Shown: piece by piece, positions 40,988 through 56,249 of the stretch
Layout of the letters: every line of letters begins with the position of its first letter
Numbering within the stretch: position 1 is the stretch's first letter
Translations under genes and position numbers: made by a program
Origin: Antedon mediterranea
Taxonomy: Eukaryota > Animalia > Echinodermata
Direction of reading: 5' to 3'
Assembly: GCF_964355755.1 (NCBI RefSeq)
Contig: NC_092680.1
Location: 4,588,001-4,652,000, forward strand
DNA length: 64,000 bases
The notes under the pieces: generated by a model
Told to the model about the DNA's origin: nothing
What the model saw: the letters and a program-made list of their open reading frames with translations, nothing else
The model's database searches: none

Positions 40988-43900
40988 ATGGAACAAGAAG
41001 GATTGAATTACTTGAGAGGATGTGCTGAATCTTTCAAGCGAAGTTTTAATTTGCGAGTTTTAGCAGATGATTCCGAAATTAAAGAAACTTACAAAACAGC
41101 TCAAGAAAAAGGAAAAGTACCTGTTAACAGAACTAAGGTTCTTATTCTGGGTGATCAAGGGGCCGGAAAAACGTCGACCTGCAGGCGTTTACAAGGAAAG
41201 GATTTTCGATCAGAAGAGCCTAGTACAATCGGAATAGAAACAAACACCGTTGAGGCGAAAGTCAGTGATGTTAATAGTAAATGGTGTGCAGTGACAAGCA
41301 CTCCACTTGAAGACTATGAAAGTTCTGCAGCGTGGTGGACAGTATCACGTGTGCTTAAACAGGATAAATATAAGGATAAGTTAAAGGCAATGAATACGTC
41401 TGAAAATAATACACGTCCTTCGATCCGAAAAGTATTACAGGACACATATTACCTAATGTTTCATATTATGCCTATGACAGTAATGTTCTGTTTTGGTGGA
41501 CTTACATTCGGATTCGGGCCAGTTGCATGGTTTTATATAACTAGATGGCACGCTCGCTTCGCTCGCGTACCATCTAGGTCGTGCCCACAGATGGTTCTCG
41601 AATACACAGTATTTCCAGCGAGAAAAAAATGGAGATTTCAAATGTACGTACCGCAGGACTATAATACATTGTCGTTTACAGAAACGAATAAATATACACA
41701 ATGATTTATGTAGTCAACCAAAATTAGCACCCTGGGAATTACTTCCGAGAGAGAAACAAATTTTTTTATTCGGACTCATTTAAACAAACCCAATTTGTGT
41801 TTTGTATGTAACATTAAGGGTTGAGGGATGGGGAAAGAAGATAGGTACAAAGAGGAAACATTTTAAAATATATTCTTATCCACTCAGTAACGAAATATTG
41901 TTTTTAATGTTTTATAGGCCTATAAATAATATACCATTAAATACAGTAAAACATTTACGATTTAATACGGTACTTTGTTAAAACTCTCACTGTCATAGTC
42001 GATTGAAATAGTAAAGTACATGTAACGATACACCACTACGACGTTTATATATTTTTAAATTATTAATTAATACAAACGTTGAGAAGCAACTGTCAGTAAT
42101 AACGTTTATTTATTTGTATATTATATGTTTATAATCTAACAGTAGGGCCTACCCACACTCACAGTAATAAAGTTTATTTGTATATATTTTATATTACATC
42201 TAACAGTACCAACACTCACAGTAAGAAATTTGCTATTCAAATTGCGATCAAAAGTGGTTAATACCTTAACAGTATTGTACAGCATTGCAGTACTATTTAT
42301 GTTTATTCTCCAAGGGGGCCCATAAATCTAAATCTATACCTCTATGGTTAAACCAAATAATTTGGAATGTTTATTTGTATATTATATGTTTATAATCTAA
42401 CAGTAGGGCCTACCCACACTCACAGTAATAAAGTTTATTTGTATATATTTTTATATTACATCTAACAGTACCAACACTCACAGTAAGACATTTGCGATTC
42501 AAATTGCGATCAAAAGTGGTTAATACCTTAACAGTATTGTACAGCATTGCAATACTATTTATGTTTATTCTCCAAGGAGGCCCATAAATCTAAATCTATA
42601 CCTGTATGGTTAAACCAAATAATTTGGAATGTTCCATTCATCACAAATCAATACATTTGTAAAAACGTATATTAAATGTAACAAAATAGTATTTTTTAAA
42701 GAAAATCGGCCTGTCTTCAACATTATGATGCTGTACTCGAACTGTTCAACCGGTTTTCAGCTATTAAAAACAATTATCGTAGGAGGAGATAGAAAAATGC
42801 GAAGCCTCCTCGCATTTTTGTGGCGGGTATTTTTCAAGATGGACATCCATTAGACAGTGTATACCACGATCGGAAAACACCCCTATTTGGGGCAAATCTT
42901 TGAACCTAAATTCGTTTTAATCGTCAATAACTAATTATCTAACTTAATTTAATTAGTAAACAGGGTTACATCAGGTGGTTAAAATCAGTACCGAAAGTAC
43001 GAACCAACTTTACATACCATCGAGTAAAAATTCTAAAAGTAAGGCGCGATTTACCGAATTTTGCCCTTACGTAAATTTATATATAGATTTGTCTTTCGGT
43101 ATTTTGTGATTTTCACAGTGCCTATCGCTTTGGCTGTGGTTGTACTATATGTATGGTACTCATAGATAGCGCTACACATTTTGGCCAGCAACATGTTATA
43201 CAATTTAATTTACAGATGTACGTAATGACTATAACAATTGTCTGCATGTATGGACTGGGGTCGTTCCTTGTTGGTGTGCTTATGACTACAGGTGGAAGGA
43301 CTGGCATCTGTATAGCTTTGTGTTGCATGATACATCCAAGCCATACCACCATTTCCCTCGAAGTCTTACTAGAACACTTATCTAATATGTTTTACAGTAT
43401 GAAATATTTAGAATTCTCAATTTATGGCGTTACTATATTGGCCATCTTTAGGATCATTCACACCAAAATATTTTCGCTTAGTCCAAGAAATATGATAATT
43501 GTATTGCTACTTAATATCATGCTTATAACAGCAGCGATATATTTCGGAAGGAACAGTTTTGTTGACGTTTGTACATTATTTTGTTTTACTTTTACTGTGT
43601 TTTTCTTAATTTGTGGGCTAATATTAGGAAGAAAATTAGTGGCGTATGGATATATCCCCCAACAGTATCTTTTTAAAAAGTCTATTGGGTTTATTGCTGG
43701 AATATCTATTGGCAAAATGTGTGGTTGGGAAATTGGCAACTTTAACCATCTAAGTATATCAGAGAAAGAGAATAACATTTCTATGTCAAGTTTGTTGACA
43801 TTTATTGCCCCGATTTGGGGGTTTATAATCTACGAATGGTTTTCTTACATGAAAGTAAAATCGACGTCATTGATACCAATTGTGCATATCAGAAAATCAA

Positions 43901-45521
43901 TGGAAGCAGATCTACGAAACGAATGTTCCATTGACGCAAGACTAAGTTTATGGGATTTTGCAGGACAAGAAATGTACTATAATACACACCACCTGTTTAT
44001 GCCAAAGCAGGGCGTATACTTGGTTGTTTTCAACGCTGTAGAGGCGATTTCTAATCCTGGTAGACACATTAAACGGCTACAATTCTGGTTACAATCTATT
44101 GCTATGCATGTTGATATTCAGAATGCTGTAGTGTTTCTTGTAGGAACAAGAAGAGGAAGTGTACCTGATGCAAATGCTTTTTCCACTTTTGATAAATTTG
44201 TAAATGCACATCTTTACAGAAGGTTTTCAAAATTTCTTGCTTTTCATCCAAGTGGACAACTTTGCTTTTTTATTGAAAACGCATTCAACTTTGATAAGGA
44301 GCTTAACATCTTACGAGAAAGGATATATAATGAAGTAACAAGATTGAAATATTTTTGCGAAATGTTTTCTGTAAAATACCTATTATTTAAAAACACTTTA
44401 AATGGATTTCGACATAGACAGTGTATTATTACGAGTGTAAAAGATATTGAAAATGAATTAATGTTAACAAGCAAAATATTTGTGAAATATGAAGTGCGTC
44501 AACTTTTGAATTTCTTTGATAAATCTGGAGATATCATATACAATGAACTTGATGAACTACTTCAAAATTATGTTGTTTGTGATCCTCAGGTATTAATAGA
44601 CATTCTGAAATTATTAGTGAATGTACCTGAACCACACAAAAGAAACAGAGCCGTGTCTGATCTTTGGCAGAGATTACAAGAAACTGGGATTGTAGACAGC
44701 AGACTGATGGAACACATTTGCCGAAACAAAGGAATTTGGAGAGTTTATCCTTATGTTATTCGGTACTTGGTGGGAACAGAGTTGATTTTTCCACTTACAA
44801 TAACTAATCAAGTTGATCAAGTTGGGACATTTTGTCTTCCTTGCAAATTGCCCAAAATTAATTTACAAGTTGAATTTGATTCTAATCATACTTCTAATAT
44901 ATTTTAATTCGATTTTGGTGAAGTTTTATTAGAATTTATATTTCTTCGACTTATTGCAAAATGCTGCCAAGTTTTTGATTGGCTTGAGGTCTATTATAAC
45001 TTTGCACATTTCAGAGCAAGTGAAACATGTTTGTTTCAAATAAACACTGAAACAGTTCCTTCGGACAGTATTTTCCAATACGATAGAAATCTCATCAAAC
45101 TTTCAGTTTTAAAGGAAATCCCGAGTCAGTCAGTTAATATCTTACAGAAAATGCATACTTTCATTGAAGAAATAATCCTACAAACGTTTAATCCGGAATA
45201 CTTTCATGATCAGTATCTTTTTGGTCCAGTATGTGAAAGATGTAGTTCTTTGGATGGAACAATGTGTTTGGTGAATCTTGTTGGAATAAATAACGATGCA
45301 TCGAATGAATACAGAGTAGATAAATATCACAAAGTGTATCACAAATCAAAGGTTATAATTATATGGTTATTTTACCTAAATTAATTATCTTGGTTAGTAG
45401 TGAGTAACGCCATAGTTAATTGATTAAGTTTTTGTTTTTAATATTATTTATACTAATTTGCTTTATAAATTCTTTTATTTTACAGTTCAGTTTTACCTGC
45501 TGTAGACCAACCTTCACCTAG
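40988..45521 (+). pseudogene. R7: TM-Roc-COR pseudogene (Helitron insertion 41541-43087; TAC>TAA at 44905-44907); terminal exon 45486-45521
   Basis: Removing the insert restores WFYIICLSVF in frame; a single nonsense codon lies in COR (..SNIF*FDFGE). Confidence 0.88.
41541..43087 (-). mobile_element. Non-autonomous Helitron (~1.55 kb) inserted in the R7 coding exon
   Basis: Minus-strand TC...CTAG termini with 3' hairpin; the empty site TATATAA|TTTGTC is seen in R6/R9; no TSD; internal ~260-bp tandem duplication. Confidence 0.92.
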
Positions 45522-48500
45522 TCAACTGTTTGATAAATTGATTAAACAATACAGTGTTGCATTAAGTGCATTAAGTTCACAGGAGAACACCTATTAAGGG
45601 ACACCGAAACTTTCCCCTTAATAGAGGTTTCTGCGGAGAAAAAAACAAATTTCAAAATGTATATACTAATTTAAATGATCTGGACAAGAAATGTTGAATA
45701 ATGATTAAAACTGTACCAGTCAACGTTTCACCAATGAAAACTATCATTTCAGAGAAAGTACGATAATTATTATGAGATCCATTTTTGTATTAATAATGCT
45801 ATAAATTCGGTCTGTTTTGTTGTTTTGTGATGGACAACGAGCTCTAGCTTGGGTTCGAATTTCTACGAATTATTTTTTAGTTGAAAATAAATACTGTTTT
45901 TCTTTTATTTTAGAAGTGAGATATTTAGAGAGTTAAGTTAATTTAGTAAATAGGTAAGGGATCTTTGTGATTCCCACCGTCATAAATGCATAGTCAACTG
46001 TCATAATACATACATTAAATCACAATAATCGCTATTTATTATATATAAGGGATGCCTCATGCCACCATAGGTATTTTGTCACCCGCGGCCTGTCGCCGCC
46101 TTCTGTCACATCAAAAATGCACAAATCGGGGTTTCAAGTTTTAAGAACATAAAACGACCATATACATGGCTGCAGTCGCGTGCAAAAATTTGAGTTAGTG
46201 TTTACCGACCGACCGACATAGTGAGCTAGAGTCGCGTTGCACGGAAATAAAAATTCTCGAATTAGCCTCAAAGAATTACGACTTCTGGTTATATACTGTA
46301 GAAAAATGCTTTATTTTAGGAAAGGACAATCTAGAAGTAAATAATGTTCAATGTATGTAATATGTTACTAATAAAGAAAGAAATATCGTTAATCGATTAA
46401 GTCGATAAATAACGATAGCGCGAACATTTGATTTGTGCCTTTGAAATTTTGTTTATTTTTCATTTATATATTCGTAATCAAAAATGTCCTGGGAACTTAA
46501 AAGCAACAGAGTCACCATAACAAGATATGTCTGGGCCCCGTTAGAGTTGAAACTCCCTTCCTCGAGTCGTCGTAACGCGAAAAAGTGAAAGATACAAAAT
46601 AACTTCTTTTATCGGATCTCCGAAGAAGATACCAATTGAAACTTGTTAAAAAAATCTTTTTGAGAAAGGTCTCCTACCATTTCTAAGTAGGCCTAAATAA
46701 AAAAATAAGCTTGTTGACAGAGAAAAATGGATGAAATAATAATATAGAAAGAAATTAATCAGAGGATCAGAGAGACTCAGTGAGATACCGACCGTCAACA
46801 ATTAAACAAAGTTTAGTTAACCGTCGCGACAACAAAACGGTGGCGTGCCTAACCTATTGTTTACTGCACATGCGCAACAACCTTTTACCTTGCTGGCTTT
46901 GCTTCGATGATTTCCTATGTTAGCGCTATGGAACAACAATTTATGCGACGACTCGGCCCGGTGATTGGCTGTGACGTGGTTGACATAACCACTAGCCAAT
47001 CACCAGGCACTAAAATATAAATACAATCACATTGATAATTAAGGAAATTCATGAAAAAAAACTCTGCTTATCCATATATTAAAAACACGTTTATTGTACT
47101 GCACACCAGTACACACGATGACGACATACATGGTCAAATGCATAATTCAATATTCTATAGATTAACGCAATTGTTATTTTCAGTAGGTTTCATGAACAAT
47201 GTAAATATTTTATTAATGTTTTACCAATTACGTAAAATTACGATCGTAAGAAGAAAGTGAACTTTTCGTAGTCAGATTGTCATGAAATCAAATATGATTG
47301 TTTAGCAGTATCTTGTTGTTGTCAATTAATCCTCGACGCAGACATGTCAATAGAACAATCAGACTGCGCATACGATTTCTACATGGGTACGTTTTGTTGT
47401 CAACAAGTATAACAGTTGATACGCAGCGTTCTATAGAGGGTCGCGGTTAGAGACATGGAGTTGAAAGAGCGTGTTTACTAATAAATAACTTTCAAGTTAT
47501 GTACAGTATACGTATTCTCTTGTTGGGCTTCGATAAGCAAGTACATCATTCTTTACCATGGGTTGTGATTTGACTAACGTAAAGACCCATACGATTTAGA
47601 TATATATGAATTTTGCCTACATAAAACAAAGAAATTAGAAAGGTTTTCATCAAAATAAACATTTCACAAATGACGTCATGATTGATAAGAGCAATAATGT
47701 CGATGGTGACGCTATGATAATGACTATACAACGATTTTTTATTCTTAATGATCATGACGCGATTTGATTGGATTTAAAGACATTGTTCTATCATAATGTA
47801 TTTAGATGTTTTATGTAAGTGTACGTTTTTTATTGTCGATCGTTAGTGAGCCTTTATACTATCAATAGTTACGAAGTACAGGTATTCTTTCCTAAGACGT
47901 ATTCATGAGCAAAACATTTCTGTTTTAAGGGTCACTGTACCCGGAAATAAGAATCTTTTAAACAGATTGAGGTAAAATGATGTAATAATACTGTCGATCA
48001 TAATGTGTTTACTGCTCGTTATAAAGCAAAATTCCCCCATTTCTTTCTATATTCCTTTATTTATTTTATGTTTCTTATTGTCAAGCTTCTTTAAGTGAAA
48101 TAAACTTTCGATTCATAGTTAACAAAAGATGCTTTGGTACCCTGTACATTATTGACAATGTAATCATTTTAGCACTTCATTTTGTTGTTGGGTTTTCTGT
48201 ACCTCGGATGCGTCACCAGCAATCTCACTTGATTTGTAGTGTCTTCAAATAATTTCAATATAAGTTAAGGTGAGTTCAATTATAATTTAATCAGATAAGT
48301 GAAAAGGTATATTTTGCTACAATAGGAATAGAAACAAGCAATAGAGAACAATACTAATTTTGAAAACTTAAAAGTACATTTATTTTTATCATGGTAACGA
48401 ACAATTAAGCATATATTTTAACTATAAATATATATTAACAACCTGAAACTTGAAGAGCAAACAAATATGGATTAAGATTTACTTTAAAAGTGTAACAAAC

Positions 48501-49039
48501 AAATCACAAACATTCTGAAAAATACATGAATCGATCGAGGAATTGTCAAAATGTATGATCAATTGAAATTTTTCCTCAACCTACATGGCCTTAAAACCAA
48601 TTTCCTAGGTAGGTATCTATTCGTATCTTTGTGTAAAATAGATTGAATTGTGTAAACATTGCCTTTTTGGTGGGATCATTTCTTTTGGTGTTTATTTTCT
48701 ATTATTGGTCTTACGTATACAAAATTTATTTTCCTTTTAAGCAATCTTTGATTTGTCAATTGTTACAAAACATTATGTGAAATATTTCACGATTAGAAAA
48801 GACTTTTGTTTTACTCAATAATCTTATAATTTCATAGATGTATATCTGATCTGCGATAAACAGGATTATGAGGTAAAGATAAGAAAACAAGATGGAACGA
48901 AAAGCACTGAATTACTTGAGAGGAAAAACTGTTTATATTAATATTTCAATTATTTAGTAAATTGAATACGATACATAATTATATTATATAGCATAAGAAT
49001 TGATGCTACACAAGCAAGTAAGAGACAGTCCGATTAAAG

Positions 49040-52000
49040 ATGGAACAACAAGGATTGAATTACTTGAGAGGATGTGCTGAATCTTTCAAGCGAAGTTTTA
49101 ATTTGCGAGTTTTAGCAGATGATTCCAAAATTAAAGAAACTTACAAAAGAGCTCAAGAAAAAGGAAAAGTAACTGTTAACAGAACTAAGGTTCTTATTCT
49201 GGGTGATCATGGTGCCGGAAAAACGTCGACCTGCAGGCGTTTACAAGGAAAGGATTTCCGACCAGAAGAGCCTAGTACAATCGGAATAGAAACAAACACA
49301 GTTAAGACGAACGTTAGTGATGTTAATAGTAAATGGTGTGAGGTGACAAGCACTCCACTTGAAGACTATGAAAGTTCAGCAGCGTGGTGGACAGTATCAC
49401 GTGTGCTTAAACAGGATAAATATAAGGATAAGTTAAAGGCAATGAATACGTCTGAAAATACATATGCTTCGATCCGAAAAGTATTACAAGACACATATTA
49501 CCTAATGTTTCATATTATGCCTATGACAGTAATGTTCTGTTTTGGCGGACTTACATTCGGATTCGGGCCAGTTGCATGGCTTTATATTATTTGTCTTTCG
49601 GTATTTTGTGATTTTCACACTGCCTATCGATTTGGCTGTGGTTATACTATATGTATGGTACTCATAGATAGCGCTACACATTTTGGGCAGCAACAGGTCA
49701 TACAATTTAATTTACAGATTTACGTAATGACTATAACAATTGTCTGCATGTATGGACTGGGGTCGTTCCTTGTTGGTGTGCTTATGACTACAGGTGGAAG
49801 GACTGGCATCTGTATAGCTTTGTGTTGCATGATACATCCAAGCCATACCATAATTTCCCTCGAAGTCTTACTAGAACACTCATCTAAGATGTTTTACAGT
49901 TTGAAATATTTAGAATTCTCAATTTATGGAGTTACTATATTGACCATTTTTAGGATCATTCACACCAAAATATTTTCGCTTAGTCTAAGAAATGTGATAA
50001 TTGTATTGGTACTTAATATCATGCTTATAACAGCAGCGATATATTTCAGAAGGAACAATTTTGTTGACGTTTGTACATTATTTTGTTTTATTTCTACTGT
50101 GTTTTTCTTAATTTATGGGGTTATAATAGGAAGAAAATTTGTGGCGTATGGATATATCCCTCAAAACTATCTTTTTAAAAAGTCTATTGGGTTTATTGCT
50201 AGAATATATATTGGCAAGATATGTGGTTGGGAAATTTGCAATTTTAACCATCTAAGTATATCAGAGAAAGAAAATAGCCTTTCTATGTCAAGTTTGTTGA
50301 CATTTATTGTCCCGATTTGGGGGTTTATAATCTACGAATGGTTTTCTTACATGAAAGTAAAATCGACGTCATCGATACCAATTGTGCATATCAGAAAATC
50401 AATGGAAGCAGACCTACGAAACGAATGTTCCATTGAAGCCAGACTAAGTTTATGGGATTTTGCAGGACAGGAAATGTACTATAATACACACCATCTGTTT
50501 ATGCCAAAGCAAGGCGTATACTTGGTTGTTTTCCATGCTGTAGAAGCGATTTCTAATCCCGATAGACACATTAAACGGCTACAATTCTGGTTACAGTCTA
50601 TTGCTATGCATGTTGATATTGAGAATGCTGTAGTGTTTCTTGTAGGAACAAGAAGAGGAAGTGTACCTGATGCAAATGCGTTTTCCACTTTTGATAAATT
50701 TGTAAATGCACATCTTTTCAAAAGGTTTTCAAGATTGCTTGCTTTTCATCCTAGTGGACAACTTTGCTTTTTTATTGAAAACGCATTCAACTTTGATAAG
50801 GAGCTTAACATCTTACGAGAAAGAATATATAATGAAGTAACAAAATTGAAATATTTTTGCGAAATGTTTTCTGTAAAATACCTATTATTTAAAAACACTT
50901 TAAATGGATTTCGACATAGACTGTGTATTATTGCGAGTGTAAAAGATATTGAAGATGAATTAATGTTAACAAGCAAAATCTTTGTAAAATATGAAGTGCG
51001 TCAACTTTTGAATTTCTTTGATAAATCTGGAGATATCATATACAATGAACTTGATGAACTACTTCAGAATTATGTTGTTTGTGATCCTCAGGTATTAATA
51101 GACATTCTTAAATTATTAGTGAATGTACCTGAACCACACAGAAGAAACAGAGCCGTGTCTGACCTTTGGCAGAGATTACAAGAAACCGGAATTGTTGACA
51201 GTTTACTGATGGAACACATTTGCCGAAATAAAGGAATTTGGAGAGTTTATCCTTATGTGATTCGGTACTTGGTGGGAACAGAGTTGATGTTTCCACTTAC
51301 AATAACTAATCAAGTTGATCAAGTTGGAACATTTTGTCTTCCTTGCAAATTGCCCAAAATTTATTTACAACAAGGTGAATTTGATTCTAATCATACTTCT
51401 AATATATTTTACTTCGATTTTGGTGAAGTTTTACTAGAATTTATATTTCTTCGACTTATTGCAAAATGCTGCCAAGTTTTTGATTGGCTTGAGGTCTATT
51501 ATAACTTTGCACATTTCAGAACAAGTGAAACTTGTTTGTTTCAAATAAACACTGAAACAGTTTCTTCGGGCAGTATTTTCCTATACGATAGAAATCTCAT
51601 CAAACTTTCAATTTTAAAGGAAATCCCGAGTCAGTCAGTTAATATCTTACAGAAAATGCATACTTTCATTGAAGAAATAATCCTACAAACGTTTAATCCG
51701 GAATACTTTCATGATCAGTATCTTTTTGGTCCTGTGTGTGAAAGATGTAGTTCTTTGGATGGAACAATGTGTTTGGTGAATCTTGTTGCACTATGTAACG
51801 ATGCATCGAATGAATACAGAGTAGATACATATCACAAAGTGTATCACAAACCAGAGGTAATTATGGTTATTTTACCTAAATGTGCTTTATTAATTAATTA
51901 TCTTTGTTAGTAGTGAGAAGTAAAGCCATAGTTAATTGATTAGGTTTTTGTTTTTAATAATTATTATTTATACTAATTTGCTTTATAAATTATTTTATTT

Positions 52001-52041
52001 TGCAGTTCAGTTTTACCTGTTGTAGACCAACCTTTACCTAG
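49040..52041 (+). CDS. R8: TM-Roc-COR paralog (~950 aa); exons 49040-51856 and 52006-52041
   Basis: All motifs present; upstream in-frame TGA; donor GAG|GTAAT; last exon FSFTCCRPTFT*. Confidence 0.88.
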
Positions 52042-53004
52042 ACAACTGTTTGATAAATTGATCAAGCAAACGGGTTATGTACGTGTACAGTGTTGCATTA
52101 AATACAGGACACCCCCTATCCAGGCGACATTACCGAAACTTTCCCTTTAATTTAAAAATGTATACACTAAATTAATTGATATGGACAAGAAATGTTGAAT
52201 AATGATTAAAACTGTATCAGTCAACGGTTCACCAATGAAAACTATCAAGTCAGAGAAAGTATCAAATTATTAAAAGATCCATTTTTGTATTAGTAGGCCT
52301 AATGCTATAAAAATTTGGTCTGTTTTGTTGTTTTGTGATGGACAATGAGCTCTAGCTTGGATTCGAATTTCTACGGATTTTTTTAGTTCAAAATAAATAT
52401 TGTTCTTCTTAAATGTATAAAGTATAATATTTAGAGAGTTAAGTTAATTTAGGAAATGGGTAAGGGATCTTTGCGATTCCCATCGTCATAAATGCATAGT
52501 CAACTTTAATGATGCATACATTAAATCACAGTAATCGTTGTTTATTATAAGGGATTCCTCTTGCCGCCGTAGGTATTTTTGTCACCTGCGGCCTTTCGCC
52601 GCCTTCTGTCACATCAAAAATGCACAAAGCGGGATTTCAAGTTCAAGAACATAATACAGGCCTAATACATGGCTGCAGTTGCGTGCTCCGACTGACCGAC
52701 CGACATATTGAGCTATAGAGTCTCGTTGCACACGACTAAAAATGGTTGAATTAGCCACAAATAATATCTTTCTAAATTATTACAGAGTGATATCGAATGA
52801 AAATTGTTTTCAGAAAATCATATAGATATCTAAAGAGTATTAGCCTAAGAACTAGAAAGAATTACGACTTCTATATACTGTACTTAGAAAAATGCTTTAG
52901 TTTCAGTTTCAGATTCAGATTCAGATTAGATATCTAAGCAGTATTAAGAAATAGAAAAGAATTACGACTTCTATATACTGTACTTAGAAAAATGCTTTAG
53001 TTTC

Positions 53005-53316
53005 AGTTTAAGATTCAGATTCAGATTCAGATTAGATTTATTAAGTCATTCATACATAGTACAATGATAATTGTTTTCTTGGCAGAAAAACACAAGCAAA
53101 ACAATACACACATAATATTTACATTCGTGATCAACATCTGGAACTAACAACTGATCACGCAATATAAAATACAAACGACCTAATGACTTGTCTTTGGAAC
53201 TCATTGTTGCGTAGTCTAATAGCGCTAGGTAAGAATGAACATTTATGTCTATTTGTTTTAACTGGAATTGTTGTAAATCTTCCAGATCTGGTAACTACTA
53301 ACTTATTGTTGAGAAT
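53005..53316 (-). mobile_element. 5'-truncated LINE 3' end (CR1/L2/Rex1 group)
   Basis: Minus strand translates as ..TRSGRFTTIPVKTNRHKCSFLPSAIRLRN.., like an ORF2 C-terminus, followed by AATAAA and an (ATCTGA)n tail; absent from paralogous units. Confidence 0.7.
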
Positions 53317-56002
53317 ATGTTCAATGTATGTAATATGTTACTAATAAAGAAAGAAATATCGTTAATCGATTAAGTTGATAAATAACGATAGCGCGAACAT
53401 TTGATTTCTAGCGTTGAACATTTTTTTTTCATTTTTCATTTATTTATTTATTCGAAATCAAAAATGTCCTGGGACCCCATGAAAAGCAACCGAGTCACCA
53501 TAACAATATATGTCTGGGCCCCCGTTAGAGTTGAAACTCCCTTCCTCGAGTCGTCGTAACCCGACAAAATGAAAGAAACAAAATAACTTCTTTTATCCGA
53601 TCTCATAAGAAGATACCAATTGAACAATCTGTTTGAGAAAGGTCTCCTACCAATTCTAAGTAGGCATAATTAAAAATAAACTTGCCGACAGAGAGCCCAC
53701 AATGTTACAAAACAAACTTTTTAGTGGCGCATGCGCCGTTAAGCCGATTCTCCACAGGTGAATTTGTTCGCGCGAATCGAAAGCGTCAGCTTATATGCAT
53801 TTTCATGTTTCCATCTTCCAAATCCCGCTTTACTCTACGCATGCGTATAAGCTGACGCTTTTGATTCGCGCAAAAAAATTCGTCTGGTGGACAATGGGTT
53901 TAAGCTGTACGACGTACGTCGACAACATGTGTCATAGCTACACGCGCGATGTTTCATCATTCACATCATCTGCTTCTTCAGAAAATGGCAGAAGCAAATG
54001 TTAGTACATGGAGGAAAAGATATAGATTGCGGGAAAGTTGATGAAATAATAATATAGAAGGAGATACTTCTAAAGCGGATCAGAGAGACACATTGAAACA
54101 CCGGCCGTCAACAAATAAACAAAGTTTAATTAACCGTCGCGACAACGAAACGGTCACGTGCCTAATCTAATGTTTACTGCACATGCGCAACAACATTTGA
54201 CCTTGCTGGCTATGCTTACAATAATTTATGCGACGGCCCGGTGATTGGCTGTGACGTGGATGACATAACCACTAGCCAATCACCAGGCACTAAAATATAA
54301 ATCAAATCATCATCAAATCAAATCAAAGTAACATTTATTTCTCTTGTCTTTAAAATAAACAGTACAAATTAATACTTTGATAATTAAGGAAATTCATCCA
54401 AAAAAAAAACACTGCTTATTCATATATTAAAAACACGTTTATTGTACTGCACACCAGTACACACGATAACGATATACATGGTCAAATGCATAATTCAATA
54501 TTCTATAGATTAACTCAATTGTTATTTTCAGTAGGTTTCATGAACAATGTAAATATTTTATTAATGTTTTACCAATTGCTTTAAATTACAGTCGTAAGAA
54601 AGTGAACTTTTCGAAGTCCGATTGTGATGAAATCAAAAGTGTTGTTCAGCAATATCTTGTTGTTGTCAATTAATCCTCGACGCAGACATGTCAATAGAAC
54701 AATTAGACTGCGCATACGATTTCTACATGGGTACGTTTTATTGTCAACAAATACAATAGTTGATTCGCAACGTTCTATAGAGGGCCGCGGTTAAAGACAT
54801 GGGGTTGAAAGAGCGTGTTTAATAAATAACTCCCAAGTTATGTACAGTATACCTATTGTCTTGTTGGGCTTCGATAAGAAAGTACATCGTTCTTTACCAT
54901 GGGTTGATTTGACTAACGTAATCCACAGTGCGTGGTTTTGTTACAATATGTTTACATGTCTAATCAAATAACGTCATGATTGGTAAAAGCAATAATGTCG
55001 ATGATGACGATATGATGACGATACAACGATTTCTTATTCTTATTAATCATGACGTGATTTGATTGGATTGAAACACATTGCTCTAGAATGAGAATTCTAT
55101 CATAATTTATTTAGATGTTTTATGTAGGCCTAAGTGTATGTTTTTTATTGTCGATCGTTAGTGAGCCTTACTATCAATAGTTATACAAAGTACATGTATT
55201 CTTTCCCAGGGCGTATTTATGAGCAAAACATTGTGTTTTAAGGGTCACTGTACCCGGAAATAAGAATCTTTTATACAGATTAAGTTACCATGATGTAATA
55301 GTACTGTCGATCATAATTTGTTTACTGCTCGTTATAAAGCAAAATTCCTCTTTTTTCTATATTCCTTTATGTGTTATGTTTCTTTTAGTGAAAAAGATAT
55401 TAAATGAACTGGAGAAGGTAAACACTTTCGATTCATACCGTAGTTAACAACGGATGCTTTTGTACCCTGTACATTATTGACAATGTAATCATTTTAGCAC
55501 TTCATTTGGTTGTTGGCTTTACGGTACCTCGGATGCGTCACAAGCGATCTTACATGTTGTGTTGAGCTAGATAATTTCAATTTAAGTTTAAGGTGAGTTC
55601 AATTATAATTGGACCAGATAAGTGAAAAAGAATATTTTGCTAAAATAGGAATAGAAACAAGCAATGTTAAGGTGAGTCTCTTAGTATTAATAGAGAACAA
55701 TGCTAATTTTGAAAAGTAAAAAGTAAATTTTGTAACGAACAAAATACTTTGGGAATTGTTAAATAAATGTGTTGTTATTGTCCAAACATTAACAACCTGA
55801 AACTTCATGAAAAAAAAATGAAAAAAATACAATGAAATAATACAGAAATCGTGAAGCCGTTAACTACAATTGCCGACTTCAGTTGGTGAGTCTAAAAAAG
55901 GAAAATAAAAATCAAAGCAAAAAACGGTATACATATATAAAGTCATCGGATAACATTTTTTGCCACACCGTTTCTTTTATTTTCTTAACTGCCTCTCTGA
56001 AG

Positions 56003-56178
56003 GGTCTTTCACACCTGTTCCAGCACGTTTCCGGTAAATCTAATCGAAAGTCAATATTTCGTTTTCACGTGGCTACGCGCATATCGATTGGCGCATAGCC
56101 GCGTGGAGCGTCGTGAAAACGAAATATTGATGTTCGATTCGCCGGACCGGAACCGGGCCGGAAGAGGTGTGAAAGACC
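56003..56178. mobile_element. Palindromic MITE ~70 bp upstream of the R9 start
   Basis: TIR GGTCTTTCACACCT/AGGTGTGAAAGACC; internal IR TCAATATTTCGTTTTCACG/CGTGAAAACGAAATATTGA. Confidence 0.7.
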
Positions 56179-56249
56179 ATTTACGTTTCATTTTTAAGTA
56201 CTGTATATCTGCTGCGAACACAATTATGAGGAAAAGATAAGGAAAGAAG

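Noticed and set aside
41541-41704. Novel C-terminus of the 238-aa ORF at 40988
   Set aside because: Read-through into the Helitron end.
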